DNA from: Leidyana gryllorum EB-2025a
Taxonomy: Eukaryota; Protista; Apicomplexa
DNA: 64,000 bases
Assembly (NCBI GenBank): GCA_048772705.1
Contig: JBLWGC010000035.1
Location: forward strand, 248,001 to 312,000
Direction: 5' to 3'
The notes under the pieces were generated by a model, which did not search any database, was not told the DNA's origin, and saw nothing but the letters and a program-made list of their open reading frames with translations. Shown in pieces: positions 21,880-34,785 of the stretch (its first letter is position 1; each line of letters starts with the position of its first letter). Position numbers and translations under genes: made by a program.

Positions 21880-24800
21880 ATGTTGGACACCACCTGCTCT
21901 TTCTACATAAGCAATGCTGCTTACGATGAGGATGTGGACAGTTTGGTAGCCCCGAGCGTGCAGGATATTCAGAAACAGCTGGAAAGCAGCAATGACCAAT
22001 CCAAGATGAAGGTATGAGTGGTTCACCGACACTATGATGCTGGTCAGGGTATGAAAGATCTGCTGTTGTGGAGCCGTAATGCTCCGTTGGACCAAGTGCA
22101 AGCATACCAGCGGTTGTTCATCACTGTCATTCGATTTGTCGCGCCCAGTCGTAACCATCAAGTGCGCAAGCTCGTTCAGTTGTATTGGGAAACAATCGAG
22201 CAAGTGGACGACAAGGGGGAACCCCGGCCCGAAATGATATTGGTCAGGTAGGGGATGCTCAGTAACCACGGCAAATCGCGTGTATCACAGCAACTTCATT
22301 CGAAATGATCTGTTGCACTCCAATGAATATGTGCGTGGAAATTCCCTACGAAGCTTGGCTAAGATGTGTACCGTGAGTCTGCTGAACACCGTTTCGGACT
22401 GCCTACCGGAGAATTTGGTGAGAAGATATCAGATCGCCGAGTGGCATCTCACTAATGTTTGCATTTAGACCCATTCTTACACCTACGTACGACGAAACGC
22501 AGCAATGTGTATTGCTGCCATAGTACAACGACTCGGGCCAGTTTTGCCCCAAACTGTTCCGGAGTTGGAGAAGATGGCTATATCAGAGGAGAACGTGGCA
22601 ACTCAACGTGCAGGCATTTTAGCACTGATCGAGTGTGACCCTGTTCGCGCAACCGAGTTATTCCTGCTGGATGACAGAAACTGCAGCCACTTGGGAGAGA
22701 TGTGCTTGTTGGCGATTGTGCATTTGGTGAAGGTGGTGTACAAGGCGATCTGCCAGACCTTCCCTCCGACACAAGTGTCTATAGCCCTGAACCAAATCAT
22801 CACAAGGGAGCTTCTGATCAGGTGAGATTTGAGAGAGGATGCGCATTCATTTTCACTCCAGTCGTTTGGTTGAGCTTTTGGACGAGAGTACATCCGATGC
22901 ATTGACTTTGGAAGCTGCGACTGCTTTGCTGTGGGTTGGCGGTTATAGTCCGAGTGTGGCGAAGGCTTCGTGCAAAGCGTTAGTGAAGGTTTTGTTGTCT
23001 CAGAAAGACATCAACATCCGGATGGCTGTAATTGACAAATTGATAGCTGTCAGTCGGAAGTGCGTCGGACTGTTGGATGAGTACGTTATTGACATTTTGA
23101 GAGTGTTGTCAAGTCCCTCGGCTGAGCTATGCCAGAAGGTACTTGTCTGTACACTGCCTGTCATCCGCAAGACCAACGTGGCGGCAGCCGTTGGAGTCAT
23201 CAAGGCAGAATTGGTCAAATCGATGGATTTGGCTGCGGAGACGGCGAAGAAAGGCGATACTCAGAAACAACTTGTGAGAGCCATGCGGTACCTGAGTGGC
23301 AAATTCCCCGAGATTGCTGACTCTGTGATCGACCTTCTCCTGGATAGCCTAAGTAAGATTCGCTCGGGATGAACACTAAAGTCGTGCATTCTTAACAGCG
23401 GACACTGACCGTGAAGCTGTGAATCGTGTAGCCCTCTTGGTGCGTGAGTTGGTGGTGACCAACGAGCAACTGCGTCCACGTATCATGGAGAGTTTGATCG
23501 AGGGACTCCCAGAAATGTACTCTGGACGGGCCTTACGACTCGCCATTTGGATCATTGGAGAGCTTTGCAATGATTCCAAGATGAGAGTGAGTAGCTGAAA
23601 CTCGTTGTTTCGCGAATGGCTCTGATTGCAGGCGGATCTCATCGATGCGTTGTACACGATGCTGGCTCCATATCCCTGGAAGAGTCGTCCAGCCGATGCT
23701 GTTCTTTCGGATGGAGAGGATGAGGAGGAAGAAGAGACCCCGGCCGCGCAGGTGGAGGTTACTGTCCGTACTGTCATCCTGCCAGATGGGGCTTATGGAA
23801 CCGAGAATGTGATAGAGTCGGCTCCAACGGGTGGCATACCGCCCACCACTTCGGGGTCCAGTGGCGCTGCCAACGGGAACAGCAATGGGCTGAGACATAT
23901 CATTTGCGACACTACAGAGACACTGTCGGCGTCGGTTGTGGGAGTGGCTCTGACCAAATTAAGCGCCCGTAAAATGAGTGGTGCACCCTATTCGGCCTCG
24001 GAGTACAACAAAGTTTTATTAATGTTGGGTTCAATGATCAAATTCTTCAAGGACGACCCCTACTTTGGGCCCTCAAGTGACGTCGCTCTGCGACTCACTC
24101 AGTGTCTCCGTATCGTTATGCAGAGTTGGGTCGCAGGTGGTACCGCCAAGGTTCCAGAGATGATTCCGATTGATCTTGTCAAGGTGATTGAGGGTGAGAG
24201 GGAGTCCACCATACAAGAAGGACTCAACCTGACTACCGACGGGACGCTTATTGACAACAATCTCGAGAACGCTCTCGGACCAGATGAGGAGATTGCTGAA
24301 CTCGTGAGTGAATCGATAGCTCTGCTCCGCCTTTTACGACTTGGATCCACTCTCAGATGCAATCTAATGTATACGATGTTCTGAGTTTCCGAACACTGAG
24401 TGGGTCGGATGAGGTCATTCCTTCAGAGGCCGCTGTATTCTCGCCTGGACTCAGTACTGAAGACGGCATTCCTTTGGACTACAGTTCCAGTATTGAGCTG
24501 GCTGTCAAGGGAACAAAGTGCGTGGGTGACGTGGCCAAACTATTGTTGAGCCTGTCCCGACCAAACAAGGCTGAGCGTCTGACGGGCAGCAGCGACCCCA
24601 TATATGTTGAGGCGGTGCTTCAGAACAACCATCTGGATGTCATCATGGAGCTTCTCTTGGTCAATCAGACTGATGAGACGCTTCAGAACGTTCAAATATA
24701 TTTGTGTGTGAACGGCGACATCAAGATCATCGAGCGGCCACCTACTGTCACTCTCGACGCTTGGGAAGAGACCACAGTATTCGCCAGTCTCCGTCTGGCG

Positions 24801-25545
24801 AGCACCGAGGTCGGTAAAGTGTTTGGCTACATAGGGTTCGAACGTGGTCGCCATGCGGCAAATAAGGAATATATTACTCTGAGTGTTCTCCCCATCGATC
24901 TCGTGGTGAGTTATGCCGGCAGTGCGGGGCAATGTAATCATCTCTGCCTTCAACAGAGTTGCATCCAACGGGCTTACATTGGTGCTGGAACATTCCGGGC
25001 TTTGTGGCCGGCTTTGGAGTGGGAGAACAAGTTTGTGGTGGAGTTGGATAATGAGGACATGATGGGCTTCCTCCTCCAACTCTTAAAGACGACGAAGATG
25101 ACCGTCGTCGGGTTGTTTGGCGATAGTTCCACTGCGCGACAATTAGCTCAGCTCAAAGGACATAAGTCTATGGATCTCCTCGAAGGTGAGATATCGGGAC
25201 GTTTAGATTCGGAAAGATCCATCTCATTAATGACTCAGACGCAGAGGCCGTAGCCACGGAGAGATACCTGAAGGCTGTGGCTGAGGACAGGAATTTGCAG
25301 CAAATGGCTCAGAGCAAAGTGTTTGCAGTAAATCTCTGTGCTCGCACTCGATTCGGTATGTCAGTTTTGGGGATTCCAGCATACGTCTGATAGGAGAAGA
25401 TGCACTAATGAACCTGTCACTGGAGACCTCTGATGAGGGGAAGGTATCCGGATGCGTTCGGATACGGGCGCGCAAGCAGGGGATTATTGTGAATTTGGGT
25501 AATCTGGTTGCTGCATCTCAGTGTACACAAACTGTGATGGCCTAG
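21880..25545 (+). CDS. COPB1: Coatomer subunit beta, multi-exon
   Basis: EMILV, RNDLLHSNEYVRG, YVRRNA, ILPDGAYGTE, LTGSSDPIYVEA, WPALEWENK, GEDALMNLSLE, VRIRARKQG. Confidence 0.95.
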
Positions 25546-27001
25546 AGCTCTTCTTTGGACTCAGTAGTAGGAGTCGCCTTTTCTGGTGCAGCTGCTGTTG
25601 CAGCGGGAGGACTACGCTTTTCGAATGCTGGAACCTTATTGCCCTTTATCACAGTGAATCGTCCATCACCACTCTCGATCTTCTCTAAGAAGCGAACAAT
25701 GTTCTCACGCGTCGCCGTCTGTCGTCGGATGAGAGGAATAATTACACGGCGAAGGACTCACCTCGTCAAATGGCAGTCTGGAGAATCTCAAACGCTTGTG
25801 AGGATTTATAACCACCAAACTCGGTAAAGTTCGGGTTTCAGAGTCCTCAGTCAGCTTGAACAACTTGGCAAAATTTGGTTCTCGGTCGACATCCATCCAA
25901 CTCCAGTGGAATCCCAGTTTCCGCTCGGCCGGAAACTGATCACTCAAGTCCTCCAGCATTGTGCGTTCGCTGTCCTTCAACTCCCCGCCCGTTGTGAGAT
26001 ACACAGCGCACAATCCCTTGTTCTTCTTGAAGCATACATCATTGTGAGACCCTTTCATCATCTCAGGCACTCGCTGGGTCAGCCTACGAAGGGGAAGAAA
26101 CATTGGATGGACGGCCACTCTGTTTCTCAAGACAACTCACCAAGGACGAGTCTCGGTCAGATTCTGCGGCTCGGGTTCTTTCTCAGTCAGGAAGCCCCCT
26201 CCCTTTACGAACGTCTCTGAATGGACGTTGAGCCACTCGAAAATGTCGTCGAACTTCATCGCTCCTCGATACGTCTCCACATTCTTCAAGCTCATGGTGA
26301 GATCACCTCTCTTTTTGAGAAGAAGAGTGGGCATCTGCTTTACGCGGAACTTTTTGTGCAAAGGATCGCCCAACGCGCCGGAAACGATCGCAAAATTCAT
26401 CCGATCCTAAAGGGTGGTGAGTACAGGTCACACTTGTGTTCGAGCATACCGAGAAGGTGTGTGCGATGGCATTGAACATGGGCGACGCCTTGACTCTCTC
26501 GGTGAAAAGAATTACTTTGGGAATGGAGGGATGATCGCCGACGAAACGAGCCATCTCAGCTTCCTCCTTGACAAGTTGGACCTTGGCTGGCGGAATCATT
26601 TTGGTGACTTGTGTTACAATCTTCTGACGTTCCAAAGGCCCATCATAGCTACGTGCGGGCATTGGTAGCGGTGGGTATAGGCGGACAACATAGTTGGTCT
26701 TATCGTCGAGTTCTGCATCTTCCTTTTTACAGAAAGCCCTGAACTCAGTGCAGTCAACTCCTCCAATATGAACCATTCCCTTGAGCGACTTGGCAACGCC
26801 ATCCCATTCACCGTTGATGAACGTCTTGGCGGCTTTATTGTTCTTATAGAACAGAATTGCTGCCGGGAATCGATCCCGATATTTTGATATCGAAGAGTCA
26901 AAGTTCTTCGGAGTGATTATCTTAATGTCATGTTTCAGTGAGTCGACCAGACTCTCGCGGGCGCAGACGACACTGAGAAGCAATCCCAGCACCCACCGCA
27001 T
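25542..27001 (-). CDS. ER-luminal multi-thioredoxin-fold (PDI-like) protein lacking CxxC, 4 exons
   Basis: Signal peptide; ITPKNFD, GMVHIGGVDC, PKVILFTE; C-terminal KEEL. Confidence 0.8.
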
Positions 27002-27166
27002 CACCAAGACTTTGTAAAAACAGCCCCAATTTTTATCGCACAAACGCGATCAAATTGGCCATGCGATCGCACAGTGTGTGATCTCACGTCAACTGTCATT
27101 CGTGCACAGTCTGCACACATTACCAAAGTGGGAGGTGGGGATTGTACGTGCATATTTTTGTGAGTC

Positions 27167-29638
27167 ATGCGCTTCATTCGATCTCTGTCGGTGCTCTTAC
27201 TCTCGGGGGGCAGCCTGCCAATCTGCTCGTCGACCTCTCTCAGGTTTGACGCCCCTTTTTTGGTATCATGGGTCAATGAGCGAACGAGGGAGGCGGTGCT
27301 ACAGGTCCGAGTGACTAACACTGCCGCCGAGCCTGTGGACGTTGCTTTGAGTTTCAATCAGACTTTTTCCACTGATTCAAGTGCCGTTCCTTCGCCGGGA
27401 GCTTCCGCCTATGTGGAGAGCTCTCGCAGCGTGTCGGCCTTTAGTGCAACTCCTCAGCTCGACTCGGCGGCGGTGGACTCGGCCATTGCCTCCCTCTTTA
27501 CAACCTCGCGAACTTTCGGTGGACCCAAGACGCTTTTGATCCCTATTGCTGAGAATAAGGATGCGATTGCTCAATACGCCCCGCAAGTGATGGACTGTCT
27601 TCGGGAACACGGCGCGCAATGTCAATACACGGCTTGGAGAGCAAACTCAGAATGTCGTCCGGGCGTACGTATCATGCAGTATGTCGGTCTGATCGCTCTG
27701 GACTACGATTGGATTATCTCCAAGTGTTCCCCGGAAGATGTGGCAGCTGACGTGGCTTTCTTGGGGAAATACTTTACTCTCTTAGACGTCGAGCTCGACG
27801 AGCCAGAACCTGAAGATCCTCCCGAGGAGACCACCGAGCGACGCTCTGAGGTCACCGACATGATGGTTGCTCCTTTCGCTGACGCCCGAGCCACCACCCC
27901 GAATGATCCTGACTATAGCCTCCAGTGGCATTTGCAGTATCTGTGAGTCAAACTCATCTCTCTCACGACTCACTCGGAATCGCCCCTCCCTCTGCAGCAA
28001 TATTACTGAGACCTGGAAAGAGATCGGGGAATGGCCCAAGTACTTCAAGCCGTTCGTTGTAGTGGTGGATAGTGGCGTACACTGGGATCATCCCGATTTG
28101 CAAGGCAACTTGTGGGTTAATGAAGCAGAATTAAATGGGAGACCCGGAGTCGATGACGATGGCAATGGGCACGTCGATGATATTTATGGTTGGGTCGCTC
28201 AAGCAGACGGCTCACGCAAGCCAATCGATGCAACTGGACACGGAACACATGTATTGGGACTTATCAGTGCAGTTACGAACAACAACATCGGTGTCTCCAG
28301 TGTTGCCGGACCCCATGTGACAACTGCAATGTGCCGCAGAAGAAATTGGGCCGGCGACGGGTCCAGTTCACACGCGGCCGAATGCAAAAACTGGGCCATG
28401 GCGGTGGGAGCCCACTTTACCACCAACTCGTAAGTGATCCTTCACAAGGCTTTGTGAACATCAAGCCATGGGCCTTCAGGTACGGCTCTTTCTACGACGC
28501 ACCGTACTCAATCTCGAGCACAAAGAGGAGAGTCTACAACGCCATGATGGCACGCAAACAGGTATATCTGACTTCTGCCGGGAATAAGGGAAAGGACTTG
28601 GGGCCGAGGAGAGTGCGGGGATACGCTTACGATTCTTGCTACAATTACCCCTTCATGGTTTCTGTTGCAATGACCACCAAGGACGGTGTTCTCCACGAGA
28701 AGTCCAACTATGGCGAGAACTGTGTGACTTTGGGTGCTCCAGGCCGAAGATTGTGGGCAACAGCCAATCCCGGCCACACATCGGGTGATCTATATGTCTC
28801 CAAGACCGGTACTTCCATGGCCACTCCTGTCGTGGCTGGCATCCTGGCGCTTTGGCTCAATGTCAACCCCTACTTGGATGCCTTTGAGCACAAACGATTG
28901 TTACGCGAATCCACTGTCCCACTCAAGGCTCTCGCCAGACCAGTTACCCTCTTCGGAGGAATACCCAGTCCGCTGGAAGGAGTCAGACTTTTGCGCCCTC
29001 AGACGCTCAGACCCCAAGACGGCAGCCGCTGGGATGACTATCGTTTCAACCTGAGACGTCTGCAGCCGGGCCAATCCACCATATACTATCTGAAAGGACA
29101 ACTTGGAGCGAAGGATGGACCCATCTTGGGAGAAATGATTGCTTACAATGTCGACTTTGCTAAGAATTACGCTGTCAAAGATTTCGCCAAGGTGGCTATT
29201 TCGACTCGCACCACCAAGGAGTCTTTTGATCAGCTCACCGTGGATCATTTCAACCCGACTTGGAATGGTCTGACCACAACGACCACAACGCCTGCGACCA
29301 CTCCCACAACAACCACAACGCCTGCGACCACTCCCACAACAACCACAACGCCTGCGACCACTCCCACAACGACCACAACGCCTGCGACCATTCCCACAAC
29401 GACCACAACGCCTGCGACCATTCCCACAACAACCACAACGCCTGCGACCATTCCCACAACAACCACAACGCCTGCGACCATTCCCACAACAACCACAACG
29501 CCTGCGACCATTCCCACAACAACAGTAGCGACCACGACAACGCCTACACCTACATCTCTCACTACAAAAACGCCTTCCGGAGCCTGCCGCTGTCGAGCGA
29601 GGCCCCAGGAGCGCTCAGTATTCTCTGTCGGTCTGTGA
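27167..29638 (+). CDS. Subtilisin-like (S8) protease, paralog 1 (introns 27943-27997, 28430-28479)
   Basis: Signal peptide; VVVVDSGV, GVDDDGNGHVDDIYGW, HGTH, SAGN, GTSMATP; Thr/Pro-rich tail. Confidence 0.93.
29281..29520 (+). repeat. 30 bp coding tandem repeat x8 (TTTTTPAT[T/I]P mucin-like stalk)
   Basis: Unit (a/g)accacaacgcctgcgacca(c/t)tcccacaac visible eight times. Confidence 0.95.
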
Positions 29639-29802
29639 GTTTAGGGTGCGACAGGAGACACAAGTTTATTTAGTGTGCACACAAATCGAGTATTGAGGTA
29701 GTGGCTAACGTATTTTTGCCGCATTCAAAGACACCCAAATTAGTTGATCTGTGAGGTGATCAGTCCGTGCCCACCGGAGTCGTGTCTCCTTGTAATATTT
29801 CG

Positions 29803-31942
29803 ATGAGGTCCTTTCGGTTTCGGTCGTTATTCGTGGTGCTATCGTGTGCACTCATTCCTAGATGTTCAGCCAGAACACTGCAATTTGACGCACCGTTTCT
29901 GATTGCTTGGGTCAATGAGCAGACCAAGGAGGCGGTACTGCAGGTGCGGGTGACCAACCCAACCACCGAGATACTAGACATCGCCCTCAGCTTCAATGCC
30001 ACTTTTCCATCCGACGCGACGGCAGTGCCGTCACCAGGAGACTCTTCATATGAAGAGACATCTAGAACCGCAGTTCGCACCAGTGACAAACTATTGGACT
30101 CTGGAACAGTGGATGAGGTTATTGCGACCCTGTTCCGGAACGCTCGCAGCGCCACCGCACTGAAAACACTTGTAATTCCAGTTGAGGAAAACGTGGAAGC
30201 GATAGCGAAATCTGCGGAAACAGTTCTTAAGTGTCTGAAAGAACACGGCTCCGATTGCAGATACCATGGCTGGCGCAAGAACTCAAAGTGTCGGCCAGGT
30301 GTCCGTATCATGCGCAACATAGGTCTCATTGCCCTTGATTACGATACGGTGATCTCTGATTGCACCCATGAAGACGTAGCAGGAGATATAGCCCTATTGC
30401 AAGAGTATTTTACATTGTTGGATGTCGAATTGGATGAGGAGGAATTCGACGATGAGCCGGTCAGTCCCGTGCGGAAGCTCGAGACGGATCCGGTTGCGCC
30501 TTTTGCGGGGAAGGCCGGTACGACCCCTAATGATCCGTTCTTCCGTGCCCAGTGGCACTTGAATTATCTGTGAGTATACACCCAATATGCAATCGAGTTG
30601 ACACGACTTCTTTTTTCCCTCACTTGCAGGAATATCACCGAGACTTTTGCAGAGATCGGCCGATGGCCGGGCTACTTCAAGCCCCTCGTGGTGGTTATCG
30701 ACAGTGGGGTGGATTATGACCATCCGGACTTGCGAGAGAACCTCTATCTCAACGAAATCGAGTTCAATGGGAAACCGGGTGTCGACGACGATGGCAACGG
30801 GCATATCGACGACATCTATGGTTGGGTCGCCAAGTCAGACGGTTCTCAGAAGCCGATCGACGCTAACGGCCATGGTACCCATGTTTTGGGTATTGTTGGC
30901 GCAACGACCGGCAACAGCGTTGGTGTCGCGAGTGTGGCAGGCCCGCATGTGACCACTGCTATGTGCCGTAGGAGAGACTGGACTGGCAGCGGGACCAGCT
31001 CCAACGCCCAAGAGTGCAAGGAATGGGCCATGGCCATTAATGCCCATTTCACCACGAATTCGTAAGTTTGAGAGAATTGGTGATCGGTTTGACGAGACTC
31101 ACAGGTATGGCTCGTCATACGACGAGCCGAGAAAGATCAGCAGTGCGAAGAAACGAGTGTATGACGAGATGATGAAGCGCAAACAGGTGTATCTCACCTC
31201 GGCAGGCAATAACGGTCGTGATCTCGGGCCAGAGAAGATCGAGGGATACTACTACGACCCGTGTCATAACTATCCTTTCATGGTTGGGGTGGCGTACATG
31301 AACGAGGAGGAAGAGTTGGCAAATAAGAGCAATTATGGCGAGAACTGTGTCACGCTGGCAGCGCCAGGCTCTGAGGTATTATCGACCGCAGATCCGGACT
31401 CTACCCTGGGTGAGCAATATGTGTTCCAGAGTGGAACCTCAATGGCTACGCCCGTGGTGGCTGGTATCCTGGCTTTGTGGCTCAACGTTAATCCCTATCT
31501 GGACGCGTACGAGCACAAGAGACTGCTGCGCGAGTCTATTGTACCGCTGCCTGCTGCCGCCCGCCCCAAAACCCTATTTGGAGGTGTGCCCAGCCCGTTG
31601 GCAGGGGTCAGACTACTTCGGCCCACCACGCTGAAGCCTGAGGACGGAAGTCGTTGGGATGACTTGCGCTTCAATCTTAGACGACTGTTGCCGGGCCAAT
31701 CTACGACTTACTATCTGAACGGAAAAATAGAGGATGTCGATGCTAATCTTGGCGAGATCATTGCATACAATGTTGACTTTTGGAGCAACTACCGTATCAA
31801 AGACTTCTCCACAGTCCCAATTCAAGTCCGCGTAACCAACAATACGTTGAGAAATCTCAGCATCGATGAGTTTAATCCCACTGTTGTTGATCTGAGAGTG
31901 GGCTCCCAGATCGCGGCCAAGAAGTCTCTCAGATCCCAATGA
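29803..31942 (+). CDS. Subtilisin paralog 2 (introns 30570-30629, 31062-31104); no hydrophobic C-tail seen
   Basis: VVVIDSGV, HGTH, SAGN, GTSMATP. Confidence 0.92.
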
Positions 31943-32130
31943 CAGCCCGCAATCTTAGTGACCACGCAGATGTCCCACTTACACCATCAATGATTTTGGA
32001 GAAGTGCCGCAGAGTACTGTGCTCAAGTTTCGACCTTCAATCCAAGCAATGAGACTTTCGTAAGAGTCCCCAACCTCTTTCTGTGTGTCTAAGTTTGTGT
32101 CATCCGTGCTCCCAGGCCCTAACACTTTGT

Positions 32131-32145
32131 TGAGGGGGCTGCATG
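32131..32145 (+). promoter_or_regulatory. G-run + TGCATG element upstream of subtilisin 3
   Basis: TGAGGGGGCTGCATG; shared with paralogs 4-7 at similar distance from the ATG. Confidence 0.6.
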
Positions 32146-32162
32146 TGTGTTGCTGCACGACG

Positions 32163-34440
32163 ATGTGGTGGACCCAACTGTTGTCAATTGCTTTGCTTTC
32201 GGCAAGGAGGTCATCGGCTCTCGAGTTTGACTCGAGAGCACTCATCACTTGGGTCAACCCACTGACTCGAAATGCCGTGCTCCAAGTTCGGGTCACCAAC
32301 AGAGACGCAGAACCGATCGACGTAGCACTCAGCTTCAATCAGACATTCCCGTCAGACGCTACCGCCATTCCTTCCCCAGGATCGTCTGTTCTCGCTGCGA
32401 GTGCTATGCAGTTCAACATCAGAACTGATCTGGACAAACATCGCCCTTCAGCCGTCGATGCACTCTTCTTGAAAAGTCGCAGCACAGCACCAAAAACACT
32501 GATTATCCCCATCGCAGAAAACAAGGAGGAGATTGCCAGATATGCTGCCAGAATTGTCGAGTGTCTCAAGGAACACGGACCCGCCTGTGCCTACACAGCC
32601 TGGAGAGCTGAATCTGAATGCCGCCCCAATGTCCGTATAATGAGACACGTCGGACTGATCGCCCTGGATTATGGACATATCTTGGCAAAGTGCACTCCGG
32701 AAGACGTCGGAGCTGATGTAGCTTTCCTGTCCAAATACTTCACAGTCCTCGATGTAGAACCCGATGAGGATGAGCCTGATGACCCCATTGAAGAGATCAG
32801 TCAGTATCGCGAGGATGTCAGTCCCATCCACGCTTTCACTCGGTCAGACATGACTCCCAACGACCCCGACTATGGACTTCAGTGGTATTTGCCGTATTTG
32901 TAAGTCTCACCTCTCGCCACCAGACAGCGTGTCTCCACCGCAGGAACATCACCGAAGCTTGGAAGCTCGTTGGTGAGTGGCCCAAGACCTTCAAACCCTT
33001 CGTCGTCGTCATCGACAGTGGCGTTCACTATGATCATCCCGATCTCGCTGGCAACATATATCGGAACGAGATAGAGTACAGGGGTCTTCCCGGGGTCGAC
33101 GATGATGGGAACGGACATGTTGACGATATCTACGGTTGGGTCGCTCAAGGGGACGGCTCTTTGAAGCCCATTGATAGCACTGGGCATGGCACCCACTGTC
33201 TCGGTCTGATAGGTGCTGTTAACAATAATAACATTGGTGTATCGAGTGTGGCTGGCTCGCACGTCACCGTGGCGATGTGTCGACGCCGAAGTTGGGCAGG
33301 CGAGTCCCCGAGTTCCAACTCTCAGGAGTGCAAGAATTGGGCTATGGCTGCCGGAGCGCACTTTACCTCTAACTCGTGAGTTCGATCCACATTTGAATTA
33401 TGTCTTTCATTGCTGATGCGTAGTTACGGATCCACCTACAATTCTCCCTACGCAATTTCGAGTGCCAAGAAGAGGGTTTACAATGCGATGATGGAAGCTA
33501 AGCAAGTGTATGTGACTTCGGCGGGGAACAAAAAGACAGATTTGGGACCTCCCAAGGTTGAGGGTTATGCCTATGATGGGTGTTACAACTACCCATTCAT
33601 GGTCAATGTAGCCATGAGCACCCAGAAGGGCAAACTCGTGTCGGGTTCCAATTATGGCGAGAACTGTGTCACTTTGGGAGCGCCTGGGTACCAAATGTGG
33701 TCCACTGGCGATCCGGACAACGCGAAGGGAAAGCTGTACGTCTACAAGACCGGGACATCTATGGCAACTCCGGTGGTCGCGGGAATCCTCGCTCTGTGGC
33801 TCAATGTTAACCCCTATCTGGATGCGTATGAGCATAAACGACTTTTACGCGAGTCTATTGTACCCACTGATGGTCTCGCCCGCCCCACTACTTTGTTCGG
33901 CGGTGTCCCCAGTCCTGTGAAGGGCATTCAAATGCTGAGACCCGAGAATCTCAAACCTCAGGACGGAAGCCGATGGGACGACTACCGCTTCAACCTGCGG
34001 AGGCTGCAACCGGGGCAATCAACCATATATTATCTGCGCGGTACTGTCAGTGATCCCAATACTGCAGTCTTGGGGGACATGGTCGCCTACAGCGTTGACC
34101 AGGCGAATAACTACAAAGTCAAAAAGTCAGTTAAGGCTATGGTCACTGTTCATCACAGTACCGAGAATCTCGATGATCTCATCGTTGATCACTTCAACCC
34201 CGATTGGGATGGTGTTGTCACCAGCACAACTACACCCTGGCCAGATGTTGTCGATACGCCGTCGGGGGGCGTGGATGGCACCATCACGGAACCGGCTGAA
34301 TCTGGTGAGTGACAGAGGCGTCGTGACACCCCTATGTAACTCCTATTTCAGGTATTGACGGCAAAGAGGTCCTTTCATCTTCCACAAAAGTCTCGGTGGT
34401 CATTATGGCCGCATGGCTCTTCAAGGAGTTGATCTTCTGA
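32163..34440 (+). CDS. Subtilisin paralog 3 (introns 32900-32943, 33376-33423, probable 34305-34351)
   Basis: Triad motifs intact; the third intron adds a hydrophobic tail VSVVIMAAWLFKELIF. Confidence 0.9.
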
Positions 34441-34758
34441 GCATCAACAGATTAAACCTCGCCACACCTGTGATGATGATTTACTCCTACTGCACCAATG
34501 ATGCCAAATGTTCCTGCGAAACACCTCGATGTGTCGGTAATGTATCAATGTCATCTTCTCTGTGTTAGTTGATCGCTGTATGACGAGAGTCCGCATCATC
34601 ACGGAGCCCGCCTCTCTACACACGCGTCACTCGCATATTGGGCCAAATTCTGCAAGCTCAACAAGAGTTTTCGTGTCTCTGCGCGACGACCGAAGAGCCT
34701 CTGTGAGATTGGGAAGCCTATGAATTAGTCTGGGACGAGCCAATCATTTCCAGCCGTC

Positions 34759-34775
34759 TGAGGGGGGCTGCATGC
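34759..34775 (+). promoter_or_regulatory. G-run + TGCATG element upstream of subtilisin 4
   Basis: TGAGGGGGGCTGCATGC. Confidence 0.6.
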
Positions 34776-34785
34776 CAGACTCATC

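Noticed and set aside
29281-29520. CRISPR-like array
   Set aside because: Contiguous 30 bp units with no unique spacers, in frame within a eukaryotic CDS.
34441-34760. Box C GTGATGA and a tiny Cys-rich ORF between subtilisins 3 and 4
   Set aside because: No D box at snoRNA distance; the ORF is ~31 aa without a signal peptide.
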